Shown: piece after piece, positions 54,449 through 64,000 of the stretch | Numbering within the stretch: the stretch's first letter is position 1 | How the letters are laid out: each line of letters opens with the position of its first letter | Assembly: GCA_018830295.1 (NCBI GenBank) | Contig: JAHJSM010000001.1 | Location: 193,980-257,979, forward strand | Length of the DNA: 64,000 nt | Direction: 5' to 3' | DNA from: Patescibacteria group bacterium | Lineage (GTDB): Bacteria > Patescibacteriota > Minisyncoccia > Portnoybacterales > UBA2143 | Program-made: the position numbers and the translations under genes | The notes under the pieces: generated by a model | Databases searched by the model: none | The model's input: only the letters and a program-made list of their open reading frames with translations | Told to the model about the DNA's origin: nothing

Positions 54449-55579
54449 CTATTTCATTTTCCGTCTGATAAAGGCTGGAACATCCCATTCGCTCTCTTGA
54501 TCGTCTTCGGAAATAACTTTTTGCGCGCTACCGAGCGTTGGTCTTTTTTCATCCACTTTCCTTTCCTCTCCTCTGTTAACTCTTGAAATATCTTGAATTC
54601 TCGAATCAGCCGGCTTTTTCATCGCGTCCTCAAAATTGGTGGCGATCACCGTAATCTTAATTTCACCCTTTTTTAATTTATCATCCATGACCGCTCCAAA
54701 AATAACTTTCGCGTCGGGGTCAATTGACTCCGTAATAATTTTGGCCGCCTCGTTGATTTCGGTCATTGTCAAATCAGGACCGCCGCTCACATTGAAAAGC
54801 ACTCCCTTGGCTCCGTCAATAGAAACCTCCAAAAGAGGAGAATTGATCGCCGCTTTCGCCGCTTCAACCGCTCTGTCCTCACCAGAAGCCCGTCCAATTC
54901 CCATTAAAGCCGAACCAGCGTCTTGCATAATCGCCTTAATATCGGCGAAATCAACATTAACAATACCTGGCGTCACGACCAAATCGGAAATTCCCTGAAC
55001 CGCTTGTCTTAAAACATCGTCAACAATTGAAAACGCGTTCAAAAGCGATGTTTTATGGTCAATCACCGAAAGAAGTTTGTCATTAGGAATAGTAATTAAA
55101 GTATCAACTCTGTCTTTAAGCTGAGCAATGCCCTCTTCCGCGAATCGCGCTCTTTGTTTTCCTTCAAAAGAAAATGGCTTAGTCACCACTGCCACAGTCA
55201 AAGCGCCCGAGTCCTTCGCCGCCTCCGCGATAATCGGAGCCGCACCCGTGCCCGTTCCTCCGCCCATGCCACAAGCGATAAAAACCATATCGGCGCCCTT
55301 AACCACTTCATGAATTTCGTCTCTATTTTCTTCCGCTGCCTGACGACCCACTTCTGGATTCATGCCCGAGCCAAGTCCTTTGGTTAAATTTTTGCCAATG
55401 TGAACTTTTTCCGGCGCCTTGACATGATGCAAATCCTGGGCATCCGTGTTAATCGCCACAAAATCAACGCCTTGAATTTTACAAGCCAACATTCTTGAAA
55501 TAGCGTTTCCGCCACTGCCGCCGACGCCAATCACTTTAATTTTAGCAAAACTCTCCACCTCAGGTTTGATTTGAGCCAT
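54449..55579 (-). CDS. ftsZ: Cell division protein FtsZ
   Basis: GVGGSGGNA and the tubulin signature GGGTGTGAAP. Confidence 0.9.
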   Translation of the reverse strand: MAQIKPEVESFAKIKVIGVGGSGGNAISRMLACKIQGVDFVAINTDAQDLHHVKAPEKVHIGKNLTKGLGSGMNPEVGRQAAEENRDEIHEVVKGADMVFIACGMGGGTGTGAAPIIAEAAKDSGALTVAVVTKPFSFEGKQRARFAEEGIAQLKDRVDTLITIPNDKLLSVIDHKTSLLNAFSIVDDVLRQAVQGISDLVVTPGIVNVDFADIKAIMQDAGSALMGIGRASGEDRAVEAAKAAINSPLLEVSIDGAKGVLFNVSGGPDLTMTEINEAAKIITESIDPDAKVIFGAVMDDKLKKGEIKITVIATNFEDAMKKPADSRIQDISRVNRGEERKVDEKRPTLGSAQKVISEDDQESEWDVPAFIRRKMK

Positions 55580-55655
55580 AATATTAAAAATTAAACTTTT
55601 AATTTATTATACATACTTCCCTAAAAAACGCAAGTATTTTTATGAAAATTCAAAT

Positions 55656-56900
55656 TTAAGGGAGAAAATCGCGCATCCAGCCCTTGAGCTTTCCGACTGT
55701 CCCACCAATGGAAATTCCCGGAGACGAAAGCCCCCATCCTCCGTTTTTGGCGCGCTTATCTATGCTCCAAAGCACTAAACCAACAGCCGTCGCGAAAGCG
55801 GGGTCGTCCACTTCGTCAACAACGCCTTCCATTTCCGAAGGAAAACCAATTTGCGCCGGCAATTTCAATTCATCTTTCGCCAAATCAACCAAACTCGGCA
55901 TTTTAGCCCCGCCCCCCACAAAAACAATGCCTGCCGGCAAAAGCCCTTGTCGGTCAATAATTTTCAATTCCTTGTTGGCTAACTCCAAAATTTCGCTCAT
56001 TCGCGCCTCAATAATTTTAACCACTTCTATGCGCGGAATTATTCCTTTTTCTTCTAGCCCCAATTTGGACAAATCAATGTTGTCCTTTTTGCTAATTTCA
56101 GCCGACAAGGCCGAGCCATATTCCAATTTAACCTTTTCCGCCAAATCAATACTTCCTCTTAAACCGATCGCGATGTCATTGGTAATATGAGCCGAACCAA
56201 CAGGCAAAACGCAACTATGAATAATGTTGCCCTCTTCAAAAACCGTCATGCCCGCCGTTCCTCCGCCCAAGTCCAAAGATAAAACGCCCAATTCTTTCTG
56301 TCTTTTATTTAACGCGGCGCGACTGGCGGCCAAAGGAGCCAAAACCATCTCTTCTATTTCCAGCCCCGCCTCCGTTACGCACTTCGTTAAGTTTTTCATA
56401 AAGGGAATCGCCCCTTCAATTAATAACGCGTCCACATCTAACCGCACGCCTGTCATTCCAGTTGGGTCGCTGATGCCGCACTGATTGTCAACCGAAAAAC
56501 AGCGCGGAATAACATGAAGAATTTCTCTGTTCTGCGCGATGGAAATAGTTGAAGCGGCGTTAACCGCCCGATTAACATCTTCTCTTGAAACCTCTTTGTC
56601 AGCCCTGGAAACAGCCACCACGCCCTTGTTTGTTTTAGAAATAATATGATTGCCGCTTACTCCAACCGTCACCCGTTCAATGGAAATACCACTGCTCCGT
56701 TCGGCGTTTTGAACGGCCTCGCTAATATTTTTGACCGTCTCTTCAATATCAACCACCACGCCTTTTCGCAAACCAAAAGACGGCGCCTGGCCAACGCCAA
56801 TAATTTGCGGTTTCGCCTGCCCAGCCCCCGCCTTAGCCACAATCACGCGAATAAAGCAAGTCCCAACATCCAAACCAACGATAATAGTATCTTTAGTCAT
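55656..56900 (-). CDS. ftsA: Cell division protein FtsA
   Basis: Actin-like ATPase: IVGLDVGTCFIRV..., DLGGGTAG. 414 aa, immediately upstream of ftsZ. Confidence 0.85.
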   Translation of the reverse strand: MTKDTIIVGLDVGTCFIRVIVAKAGAGQAKPQIIGVGQAPSFGLRKGVVVDIEETVKNISEAVQNAERSSGISIERVTVGVSGNHIISKTNKGVVAVSRADKEVSREDVNRAVNAASTISIAQNREILHVIPRCFSVDNQCGISDPTGMTGVRLDVDALLIEGAIPFMKNLTKCVTEAGLEIEEMVLAPLAASRAALNKRQKELGVLSLDLGGGTAGMTVFEEGNIIHSCVLPVGSAHITNDIAIGLRGSIDLAEKVKLEYGSALSAEISKKDNIDLSKLGLEEKGIIPRIEVVKIIEARMSEILELANKELKIIDRQGLLPAGIVFVGGGAKMPSLVDLAKDELKLPAQIGFPSEMEGVVDEVDDPAFATAVGLVLWSIDKRAKNGGWGLSSPGISIGGTVGKLKGWMRDFLP

Positions 56901-56903
56901 AAA

Positions 56904-57419
56904 TCAAAAACTAATAACTTTCAATATTTCCCCTTCTATTTTCTCCATTTCTTCCGCTTTTTCTATATCTTTTTCATGCTTATATCCGAGCAAATGAAGT
57001 ATACCATGAATTAACAAAATAGTCAGTTCTTTTTCAAGAGAATGCTCCGCGCGTTTCGCCTGTTTTTTAGCGTAAGGATAGCAAATAATAATCTCGCCCA
57101 ACCGCTTCACTCCGTCTGGCGAATTGGCAAAAAACATATCATCGCCTTTTTTTAATCGCGGAAACGCCTTCGCTAAATAAGGCAAAACCGATTTATTGTC
57201 AAAAGACAAAACATCAGTCGCCCTATTCTTCCCCCGATACATCTTATTCAACTTCCTTATCCTCCCCTCGCCAACAATAGCCAAACTTATTTCCACCTCC
57301 TCCTTCAGCAAACCAGATAAGCCCTTTTTCTTCGCCATGAATTCCAGCGCTCTTGCCGCTATTTTTGCTAAAAAATTCTCGTCTATTTCATTTTGAGTAA
57401 AGTTATGTATTTCAAGCAT
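56904..57419 (-). CDS. ybeY: rRNA maturation endoribonuclease YbeY
   Basis: HGILHLLGYKHE zinc-binding motif. Confidence 0.8.
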   Translation of the reverse strand: MLEIHNFTQNEIDENFLAKIAARALEFMAKKKGLSGLLKEEVEISLAIVGEGRIRKLNKMYRGKNRATDVLSFDNKSVLPYLAKAFPRLKKGDDMFFANSPDGVKRLGEIIICYPYAKKQAKRAEHSLEKELTILLIHGILHLLGYKHEKDIEKAEEMEKIEGEILKVISF

Positions 57420-57867
57420 TTAACTCCTCCTCAACAATTCCCTTAACAACCGCGCCGTCGGCTTTGTTTTTCAGGTCAGCCATAAGCGCGCCCATCACCT
57501 TCCCTGTGTCTTGCGCTCCACTGGCGCCTAATTGAGAAATTTTTTCTTTGACTATTTTTCTAACCTCCTCCTCGCCCATCTGTTCTGGTAAATACGCGGA
57601 CAAAATTTCCAATTCCTCTTTTTCTTTGTCCGCCAAATCCATCCGCCCGCCTTTCGTGTATTGCTCAATTGAGTCCTTCCGTTTTTTAACTTCGCTTGAA
57701 ATAATTCCCATCACCCCTTCGTCCGCCAACTCTTCCTCGCTGGCCCCCTTCTCCTTTTCCTTGTTCAAAACAGCCGCCATAACCATACGCAAAACAGAGA
57801 CCCGTAAAGCGTCTTTCCCAATCATCGCTTTCTTAATCTCTAACTTAATCTTTTCTTTTAGAGACAT
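57412..57867 (-). CDS. GatB/YqeY domain protein
   Basis: YqeY-like helical protein (…MIGKDALRVSVLRMVMAAV…). 151 aa. Confidence 0.65.
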   Translation of the reverse strand: MSLKEKIKLEIKKAMIGKDALRVSVLRMVMAAVLNKEKEKGASEEELADEGVMGIISSEVKKRKDSIEQYTKGGRMDLADKEKEELEILSAYLPEQMGEEEVRKIVKEKISQLGASGAQDTGKVMGALMADLKNKADGAVVKGIVEEELNA

Positions 57868-57868
57868 A

Positions 57869-58102
57869 TTAATATCGCGTTTCCTCTTCTAAGAGCCCCA
57901 TCTTCCTTAATTTTTCTTTTTCCTTGCCGATTTTAGTCCTTCTTAAAGCGCTTGCTCTTCGTTCGCTCTTGCCCTTCTCTTTTTCAAGAAATCTTGCCTT
58001 GCGGGCGCGAATCAAAACACCGCTTTGCTGGATTCTCCGAGAAAAGCGTCTTAATAAACTGCGAGTTGTTTCCCTATCTTTTTTTCTTACTTCGATTCCC
58101 AT
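57869..58102 (-). CDS. rpsU: 30S ribosomal protein S21
   Basis: ...SLLRRFSRRIQQSGVLIRARKARFLEKEKGKSERRASALRR matches S21. Confidence 0.75.
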   Translation of the reverse strand: MGIEVRKKDRETTRSLLRRFSRRIQQSGVLIRARKARFLEKEKGKSERRASALRRTKIGKEKEKLRKMGLLEEETRY

Positions 58103-58137
58103 AAATTCACCTCCTTTTTCAAGATGCTAAATAATGC

Positions 58138-58881
58138 CTAATAATGAATATCTTCCCTTATTTTTGAATTTTTAATTATTTCAAAAGCCTCTTCGGCCGA
58201 ATCAACAACCTGATAAATCTTTCTGTCATCACCATCAATAAATTTGTTTTTTTCGTAAACCACCTTATCAATCCAATCTGTGAAAGGATGCCAATATTCC
58301 TTACCCAAACAAATTATCGGAATATGCTTAGGAATTTTTTCCGTTTGAATTAGAGTTAAAATTTCAAAAAATTCATCCAAAGTTCCAAAACCGCCAGGCG
58401 CGAAAACATAGGCTTGAGCCGAATAGGAAAGCATTACCTTGCGCGTAAAAAAATAATGAAAACCCATCGCTTTCTTGATATAATCATTCATCCTCTGTTG
58501 ATATTTTAATTGAATATTCAAGCCAACCGACTCCCCGCCCGCATCATTCGCGCCGCGATTAGCCGCTTCCATAATTCCCGGACCGCCGCCGCTAAAAACG
58601 GCGAAATTTTCTTTCGCCAGCATTTCCGCCAATTTTCTAACTTCCTTGTAATCAGGGTCGTAAGCAGAAGTGCGGGTTGAACCGAAAAAAGTCACCGACT
58701 TGCCAAAATCGCTCAAAAATTCAAACCCGTCAACAAACTCTGCCATAATTCTAAAAATCCGCCACTGAACCGAGTCCCTAAAATCGGTTCTTTCCTTAAC
58801 ATGCTCTTTCTCCGCCACTCTAGGCAATTTAGCGTCGGGCACCAACAATTTTTTTCTTAAATCTTTAATCATGTTCATCAT
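58138..58881 (-). CDS. LOG-family protein (cytokinin riboside 5'-monophosphate phosphoribohydrolase-like / TIGR00730)
   Basis: VFSGGGPGIMEAANRGA and the ...PGGFGTLDEFFE motifs. Confidence 0.75.
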   Translation of the reverse strand: MMNMIKDLRKKLLVPDAKLPRVAEKEHVKERTDFRDSVQWRIFRIMAEFVDGFEFLSDFGKSVTFFGSTRTSAYDPDYKEVRKLAEMLAKENFAVFSGGGPGIMEAANRGANDAGGESVGLNIQLKYQQRMNDYIKKAMGFHYFFTRKVMLSYSAQAYVFAPGGFGTLDEFFEILTLIQTEKIPKHIPIICLGKEYWHPFTDWIDKVVYEKNKFIDGDDRKIYQVVDSAEEAFEIIKNSKIREDIHY

Positions 58882-58918
58882 GTTATTAGATTACTATTTT
58901 TATTCAATAATGTCAAAA

Positions 58919-60304
58919 TTAAGTAAGCGAAACTACATCTCCAATCCGCGGGACTTCAACCGCCAGCCCAAAATCGCTTTTAATCTTTTCTGCCAACCCC
59001 AAAGACGAATCCTCTTCACCGTGACAAACAAAGACCTTTTTTGGTTTTTTAGAAGAGTCTGCCTCCGTCATACTGGAAAGCCAATCCATCAACCCCTTTT
59101 GGTCTGCGTGAGACGAATAACCACCCACATATTCAATCCTCGCCCGAATCGCAACATCTTGCCCCATAATTCTAATTGCTTTCGCCCCCTCAAAAATTTT
59201 TCGTCCAAGCGTTCCCTGCGCTTGGTAAGTGACAAACAAAAGCGTGTTTTTGGGGTCTGATAAATAGCGAAGTTCATGATGGATAATTCTGCCCCCCTGC
59301 GACATTCCCGAGCCGGCGATAATAATTTTAGGAGCTGGGGTATTATTAATCGCCCTTGACTCATTAGTTGAGAGAGTAAATTTTAAATCAGGAAATTTAA
59401 ATATTTTATCGCCCGACTCAATCAAAGACAACGCCTCCTTGTCAAAATATTCAGAATGGCGACGATAGATTTCAGTTAATTTAATCGCCAAGGGGCTATC
59501 AACAAAAATGGGAGTCCGAGGAATACGAGAATTTTCAACCAAATCATTAAAATGATAAAGTAGTTGCTGCGTCCGCTCTAAAGCGAAACTGGGAATCATG
59601 AGGACGCCTCCGCGCGCGATTGTCTCTTCAACAACATCCTCAATCGTATTTTTACATTCTCCTCTCGCCTCATGAAGTCGGTCGCCATAAGTTGATTCCA
59701 TAACAACATAATCCGCGTTTTTAATTCTGAAAGGATCTTGAAGAATGGGCGTTCCTGCCGTTCCTAAATCACCCGAAAAAACAATTTTCTTTTCTTTCTC
59801 TTGTCCTTGTTCGCGAACCTTGCACTCAATCACAGCTGAACCCAAGACATGTCCCGCCTCGCGAAAACAAACAGAAACTTCTTCGTTTAATTTAATTTCT
59901 CGGTCATATTCAGCCGCCTCAAACATTTCCATAACCATATCAATCTGCTGAATATCCATTCGCGGAAAAATACCTTTTTGGGCCGCCTTTTTTTGAATAA
60001 TCTTTTGACTATCCTCCAACATTAAACGCGCGAAATCAATCGTTGGTCTCGTCGCTAAAATTCTTCCGTTAAAACCCTCCTTAATCAGTTTGGGCAAACG
60101 CCCCAAATGGTCTAAATGAGCGTGGGTAATTAAAACAAATCCGATCTCCGACGGTTTGTATGGAAACGGCTCGTAATTTTTTTCCTCAATTTCTCGCCGA
60201 CCTTGAAAAAGCCCGCAGTCAATCATAATCTTGCCCAAAGAAGTTTCAAGAATATAATTAGAACCCGTCACCATCCGCGCCCCACCATAAAAATATAGTT
60301 TCAT
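58919..60304 (-). CDS. Beta-CASP family MBL-fold ribonuclease (RNase J/CPSF-like)
   Basis: MBL motifs ITHAHLDHLGRLP. Beta-CASP region and an RNA-metabolising C-terminus. 461 aa. Confidence 0.7.
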   Translation of the reverse strand: MKLYFYGGARMVTGSNYILETSLGKIMIDCGLFQGRREIEEKNYEPFPYKPSEIGFVLITHAHLDHLGRLPKLIKEGFNGRILATRPTIDFARLMLEDSQKIIQKKAAQKGIFPRMDIQQIDMVMEMFEAAEYDREIKLNEEVSVCFREAGHVLGSAVIECKVREQGQEKEKKIVFSGDLGTAGTPILQDPFRIKNADYVVMESTYGDRLHEARGECKNTIEDVVEETIARGGVLMIPSFALERTQQLLYHFNDLVENSRIPRTPIFVDSPLAIKLTEIYRRHSEYFDKEALSLIESGDKIFKFPDLKFTLSTNESRAINNTPAPKIIIAGSGMSQGGRIIHHELRYLSDPKNTLLFVTYQAQGTLGRKIFEGAKAIRIMGQDVAIRARIEYVGGYSSHADQKGLMDWLSSMTEADSSKKPKKVFVCHGEEDSSLGLAEKIKSDFGLAVEVPRIGDVVSLT

Positions 60305-60313
60305 GCGTTCATA

Positions 60314-60709
60314 TTACCAAAAATGCCGTAAAAAGAAAAGCCGCTTCCTAATCTCCAAATAATTCGGCATTGCTCGCGCGACTAAATTCCAAAATTTTGG
60401 CGAGTGGTTAAGTTCTCCTAAATGGCACAATTCGTGAACAATGATATAGTCCGCCATTTCTATCGGAAGCAAAACAATTCTATAATTAAAATTCAAATTG
60501 CCTTTTTCCGAACAACTCCCCCATCTTGTTTTCTGATTTTTAACGCTAATTCTGTTAAAATTAAAATTATAAATCTCATTATAGAGCGCGACGCGCGCAT
60601 AAACAAAATCCAGCGCCCTCTCCTTATTCGCCAAATACACCCTAACCCGCCGAGTCGGCTTTCGGATAGCCGACCTGAAAAATAGATAATCAAATATATT
60701 TATTGACAT
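60314..60709 (-). CDS. YgjP/DUF45-family metal-dependent hydrolase (HExxH), N-terminally short
   Basis: ...RWGSCSEKG...IVHELCHLGELNHSPKFW. Only about 45 residues precede the core, and the 5' region carries a family C palindrome variant. Confidence 0.55.
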   Translation of the reverse strand: MSINIFDYLFFRSAIRKPTRRVRVYLANKERALDFVYARVALYNEIYNFNFNRISVKNQKTRWGSCSEKGNLNFNYRIVLLPIEMADYIIVHELCHLGELNHSPKFWNLVARAMPNYLEIRKRLFFLRHFW

Positions 60710-60770
60710 ACACCTTTATTAAAGCAAATTTTCGCCAAAAATAAAAGGCGGTTTTTTATCCCGCCTCTTT

Positions 60771-61154
60771 TTAAGAGTTAAATATCCATTTTTTCAAAAG
60801 AATATTTTCAATTTTCTTTCTTGTATTTGGCCTAACATAGAAAGACCCCTTACGTTTTTTCTCTTTGGTCAAAAAAAATATTTTGACAAGCCCTATTGAA
60901 GGAAAATCTGGAAGATCGCGGAAACATTTGCTTCCGTTAGGAATAGTATCCAACAACACTCCATCCATTGAGAAAAGTTCAATACTGCCATCTTCTTTGC
61001 GTCTATAAGAATGCGCCCATTTTTCATAAATTCTCATTTTTTCGAAAAAAAACAAGAGAATTTTAGCAATAAGCAAAACTAAAAGCAAAAAGACAAAAAT
61101 GATTATGACAATCACCGTAATCATTTCAATTCTACTAAAACCAAACATATCCAC
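60771..61154 (-). CDS. Hypothetical membrane protein
   Basis: Strong SD (AAAAAGGGGGTGGATATG). One N-terminal TM. 127 aa. Confidence 0.4.
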   Translation of the reverse strand: MDMFGFSRIEMITVIVIIIFVFLLLVLLIAKILLFFFEKMRIYEKWAHSYRRKEDGSIELFSMDGVLLDTIPNGSKCFRDLPDFPSIGLVKIFFLTKEKKRKGSFYVRPNTRKKIENILLKKWIFNS

Positions 61155-61239
61155 CCCCTTTTTGAAAATATTAATTCAATTTTTAAAAAACACGCCTCCC
61201 GTCTTTTATCTCTTTATATAAATCATATCATCTCTACTG

Positions 61240-62376
61240 TCAACCCGCGAAATAAATAATTTCGTAAATCGCGCCTGCGACAAAAAACAAAATTAGAAAA
61301 TAGGCGAAAAAGCGCGGAAGATTAACACTGTACACCGGGATCAAATCGCCTTTTGTTTTCGCTTTGAGATAAATTAAAATAATCAAAAGAACATCAACCC
61401 CCAAAAGAACTCCGCCCGTTAAACTGATAATCGCGATAAAATCATCAAAGCCCAAAAGAAAAAGCGCGAGCGGAACAAAACAAGCCAACGCCCAAGCCAA
61501 GTTTTTCTTTAATTTCAAATCATACCAAAGAATTTTTTTAAGCGTCAATCCTAATGTCAAAAAAGAAGTGAAAACGGTCAGAATGCCGAAAAGCAAAGCC
61601 ATCTCTGCGACGCCATTATTAAGCATCGCTTTCAAACCGGCAATCGCTTCGTTAGAAGTTCCTTGTCCAGTAATGCCCAGAATTAGAAAAATAAAAATAA
61701 GATAAACAATCGCTGAAACCAAAACAGACCAAATAATTACGCTTTTTAATTTTTTTGGGTTATCTTTAAGTATTTCTTTCACTTCTGGAATTAGAGAAGA
61801 ACCAGATAAAGAAAAAAGAACAGCTCCATAAGGTAAAAAAAGATATTTCGGGTCAAAAGCAAACAGGTTTTTTATTTCAATAAAGGAAAAACCGCGATTG
61901 AAAATTAATATCAACACGGCAAAAAGAAAAATAAGCAGAAAAAATTCAACTCGAGCAATGCCTTTAACACCAGAATATATTAAAAGAGCGCCTACCGCGA
62001 AAAAAACAAGAGTATAAGTAAAACTGCTTCCTCCAAAAAACGGACCTGCTAAAGCGCTCAAAAAACTTCCCCCGACAACAATATAAGCCAAAACCGCTCC
62101 GCCCAACCCTAAACCGTTTGAAATCAAGGCGATTTTTTTAGCCGACGCGCCCAAATATTTTTCGGCGTAGCCGGGTAAACGGCGCATATCTTCCGTTCTT
62201 AAGGCGATCTCGCCATAAAGCAGAGCCACTAAGATAACAACCGTTCCCAAAACAAAAAAATAAAGAAGCATCACCCAAATGCCCACCCGAGCGGTAATAA
62301 AAGGCAAACTAAAAAGACCCACTCCAATAATAGTCCCTGTTAAAGTAGAAAACGCCTTAAAAAAATCTTTATTCAT
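61240..62376 (-). CDS. Amino-acid permease-like transporter (HAAAP/Aa_trans-like)
   Basis: About 11 TMs. The N-terminus FSTLTGTIIGVGLFSLP resembles aromatic/hydroxy amino-acid permeases. Confidence 0.5.
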   Translation of the reverse strand: MNKDFFKAFSTLTGTIIGVGLFSLPFITARVGIWVMLLYFFVLGTVVILVALLYGEIALRTEDMRRLPGYAEKYLGASAKKIALISNGLGLGGAVLAYIVVGGSFLSALAGPFFGGSSFTYTLVFFAVGALLIYSGVKGIARVEFFLLIFLFAVLILIFNRGFSFIEIKNLFAFDPKYLFLPYGAVLFSLSGSSLIPEVKEILKDNPKKLKSVIIWSVLVSAIVYLIFIFLILGITGQGTSNEAIAGLKAMLNNGVAEMALLFGILTVFTSFLTLGLTLKKILWYDLKLKKNLAWALACFVPLALFLLGFDDFIAIISLTGGVLLGVDVLLIILIYLKAKTKGDLIPVYSVNLPRFFAYFLILFFVAGAIYEIIYFAG

Positions 62377-62695
62377 TCCATCCTCCCATTAAGTGCAAAT
62401 GTAAATGGTCAATAATCTGTCCGCCTCCGCGCCCAACATTGAAAGACAAACGATATCCTTTTTCCGCCACTTCTTTTTGACTCGCCAAATCCTTCGCCAA
62501 AAAAATCATCTTGCTTATCATCTCTTTATCCGCCTCTTCTAAATGGTTAATTGAATCAATATGCTTTTTCGGGATAATTAAAAGATGAATCGGCGCTTGA
62601 GGATGAATATCGTTAATAACAATAAATTCCTCGTTTTCGTAAACAAGATCCACCTCTTGTTGATGATGAGCGATTTTACAAAATAAGCATTCCAT
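62369..62695 (-). CDS. HIT-family (histidine triad) protein
   Basis: HLHLHLMGG histidine-triad motif. Confidence 0.8.
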   Translation of the reverse strand: MECLFCKIAHHQQEVDLVYENEEFIVINDIHPQAPIHLLIIPKKHIDSINHLEEADKEMISKMIFLAKDLASQKEVAEKGYRLSFNVGRGGGQIIDHLHLHLMGGWNE

Positions 62696-62699
62696 AATC

Positions 62700-63968
62700 T
62701 TACACTAATCGTTTGACCACTAATTTGCTTTTAATCTTCTTCTTAAGAACATTAATAATTTTAGCCATCGGAACAACCTCCTGAATTCCAGAAATCATAT
62801 CGCGGACAATAATTGTTTCGTCAAGCGCTTCCTTCTGCCCTAAAATCAAAGCAAATCGCGAACCCAATTTATTGGCTATTTTCAATTGTGTCGTCATTCT
62901 GTCGCGGTTAAAAGAAGTCGCTGTTTTTATCCCCGCCTTTTGCAATTTTTCAAATAAACTTAATGACTTCTTTTTCCCTAAATCGCCTAACTGAACCAAA
63001 AAAACCGAAGCGCGAGCTTTTGAAGGCGCCTTAATCTTTCTTTCCTTCATTAAGGCAATCATTCTGTCTAAACCAATCGCAAATCCAACCGCCTGCGTTT
63101 CTCTTCCTCCTAAAAGTTTAACCAATCCGTCATACCGCCCGCCGCCCGCCAATGCGATTTGACGACCATCTTTTTCTTCCGGCCATATTTCAAAAACCGT
63201 CTTTGTGTAATAATCTAGTCCCCGAACCAAACGCGAGTTTAAAATATATGGAATTTCTAACTCGTCCAAATATTCCAAAACGCTCTTGAAATGATTATGA
63301 CATTCGCCGCACAAAGAATCAATCACCTGCGGAGCATCCTCGGTTAATTGAGCGCATTTTTCATTTTTACAATCAAGCAATCTTAACGGATTTTGTTTCA
63401 ACCGCCTTTGGCAATCGGAACAAAGTTCGTTTTTTATTTTCCTAAAAAAAACCAAAAGCGCCTTCTTGTAATTTGGTCTGCATTGCGGACAGCCAACGCT
63501 GTTGATTTGCGTCACCAACCTCTTAAGACCCAACTCTCCGCTAATGGAAAAAAACAACTGAATCAATTGCGCGTCAAGAACGGGGTCTTTTTCGCCAATG
63601 GTCTCAAAACTCGCCTGCTCCGATTGCCGATAACGACCTTTTTGAGGTCTTTCATAACGGAAAATAGGACCGACGCTGTATAATTTAACAGGATGAGGCA
63701 ATCTTGAAAGCCCGTTTTCCAAATAAGCCCTAATCACCGACGGCGTAAATTCCGGACGCAAAACCAACTTGTCGCCTCCCTTCGTCCTCAAAGCGAACAT
63801 TTCTTTTTCAACAATATCCGTAAACGCGCCCGTCCCCTTCACAAATAAATCAACATTCTCCAAAATAGGCGTGTCTATTCTCGCGAAATCGTAGGTCTCG
63901 GCAACTTTTCCAATAATTCGCCGAACCTTTTCCCAATATCTCTGGTCATCAGGCAAAATATCGCGCAT
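62700..63968 (-). CDS. hisS: Histidyl-tRNA synthetase
   Basis: Class II motifs: ...PIFRYERPQKGRYRQ..., GGGRYDGL. Anticodon-binding C-terminus. 422 aa. Confidence 0.85.
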   Translation of the reverse strand: MRDILPDDQRYWEKVRRIIGKVAETYDFARIDTPILENVDLFVKGTGAFTDIVEKEMFALRTKGGDKLVLRPEFTPSVIRAYLENGLSRLPHPVKLYSVGPIFRYERPQKGRYRQSEQASFETIGEKDPVLDAQLIQLFFSISGELGLKRLVTQINSVGCPQCRPNYKKALLVFFRKIKNELCSDCQRRLKQNPLRLLDCKNEKCAQLTEDAPQVIDSLCGECHNHFKSVLEYLDELEIPYILNSRLVRGLDYYTKTVFEIWPEEKDGRQIALAGGGRYDGLVKLLGGRETQAVGFAIGLDRMIALMKERKIKAPSKARASVFLVQLGDLGKKKSLSLFEKLQKAGIKTATSFNRDRMTTQLKIANKLGSRFALILGQKEALDETIIVRDMISGIQEVVPMAKIINVLKKKIKSKLVVKRLV

Positions 63969-64000
63969 CCCCCTAACTGCTTGAAATGATTTTTTATTCA

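Noticed and set aside
1-64000. rRNA genes, prophage or IS elements, toxin-antitoxin pairs
   Set aside because: No 16S/23S/5S-like segments, no transposase or integrase ORFs, and no small paired ORFs with toxin motifs were seen. The mobile content is limited to the two inteins and short repeats.

Overview
This 64-kb window reads as gene-dense bacterial chromosome, moderately AT-rich, with a reduced-genome, CPR/Patescibacteria-like profile: short IF-2 and ValRS, no rRNA, and 18 tRNA genes scattered among the protein-coding genes. Placing it in CPR/Patescibacteria is my inference from these features, not a measured result.

Gene content, start to end:
- A complete type IV pilus operon on the minus strand: two prepilins, pilC, pilT, pilB, a small TP-repeat protein, then pilO-, pilN- and pilM-like genes. 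It is divergent from a ComF-family gene.
- Housekeeping genes: recG, dksA-like, tsaD, valS, hsp20, ftsH, S1, L19, L28, S21, infB, rbfA, idi, ndk, nrdDG, ftsZA, ybeY and hisS.
- A ComEC/Rec2 gene that is split into two overlapping ORFs.
- Two intein-containing genes. gyrA carries a 524-aa intein with an HNH motif plus a tandem WxNPxYR repeat array. nrdD carries a 319-aa LAGLIDADG-type intein.

The most unusual sequence-level features:
- A family of about 31-bp GC-rich inverted-pair palindromes (GGGGGCTGCCCCC-GCAAC-GGGGGCAGCCCCC and the variant GGGGACAGTCCCC-N5-GGGGACTGTCCCC). About 14 copies lie in the first 39 kb and none in the last 25 kb. Four sit in-frame inside comF and tsaD coding sequence.
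- A second palindrome family (TTCGGCTATCCGATAGCCGAA) embedded in about 65-bp direct repeats that flank an HExxH-motif gene.
- A tRNA-Ile with a UAU anticodon and a tRNA-Arg with a GCG anticodon.
- A conserved structured spacer downstream of tRNA-Ser at two loci.
- A triplet of paralogous small two-TM proteins that may be TrbC/VirB2-like.
- A large AT-rich inverted repeat downstream of valS.

All calls rest on hand translation, motif reading and hand folding of the sequence. No searches were run.
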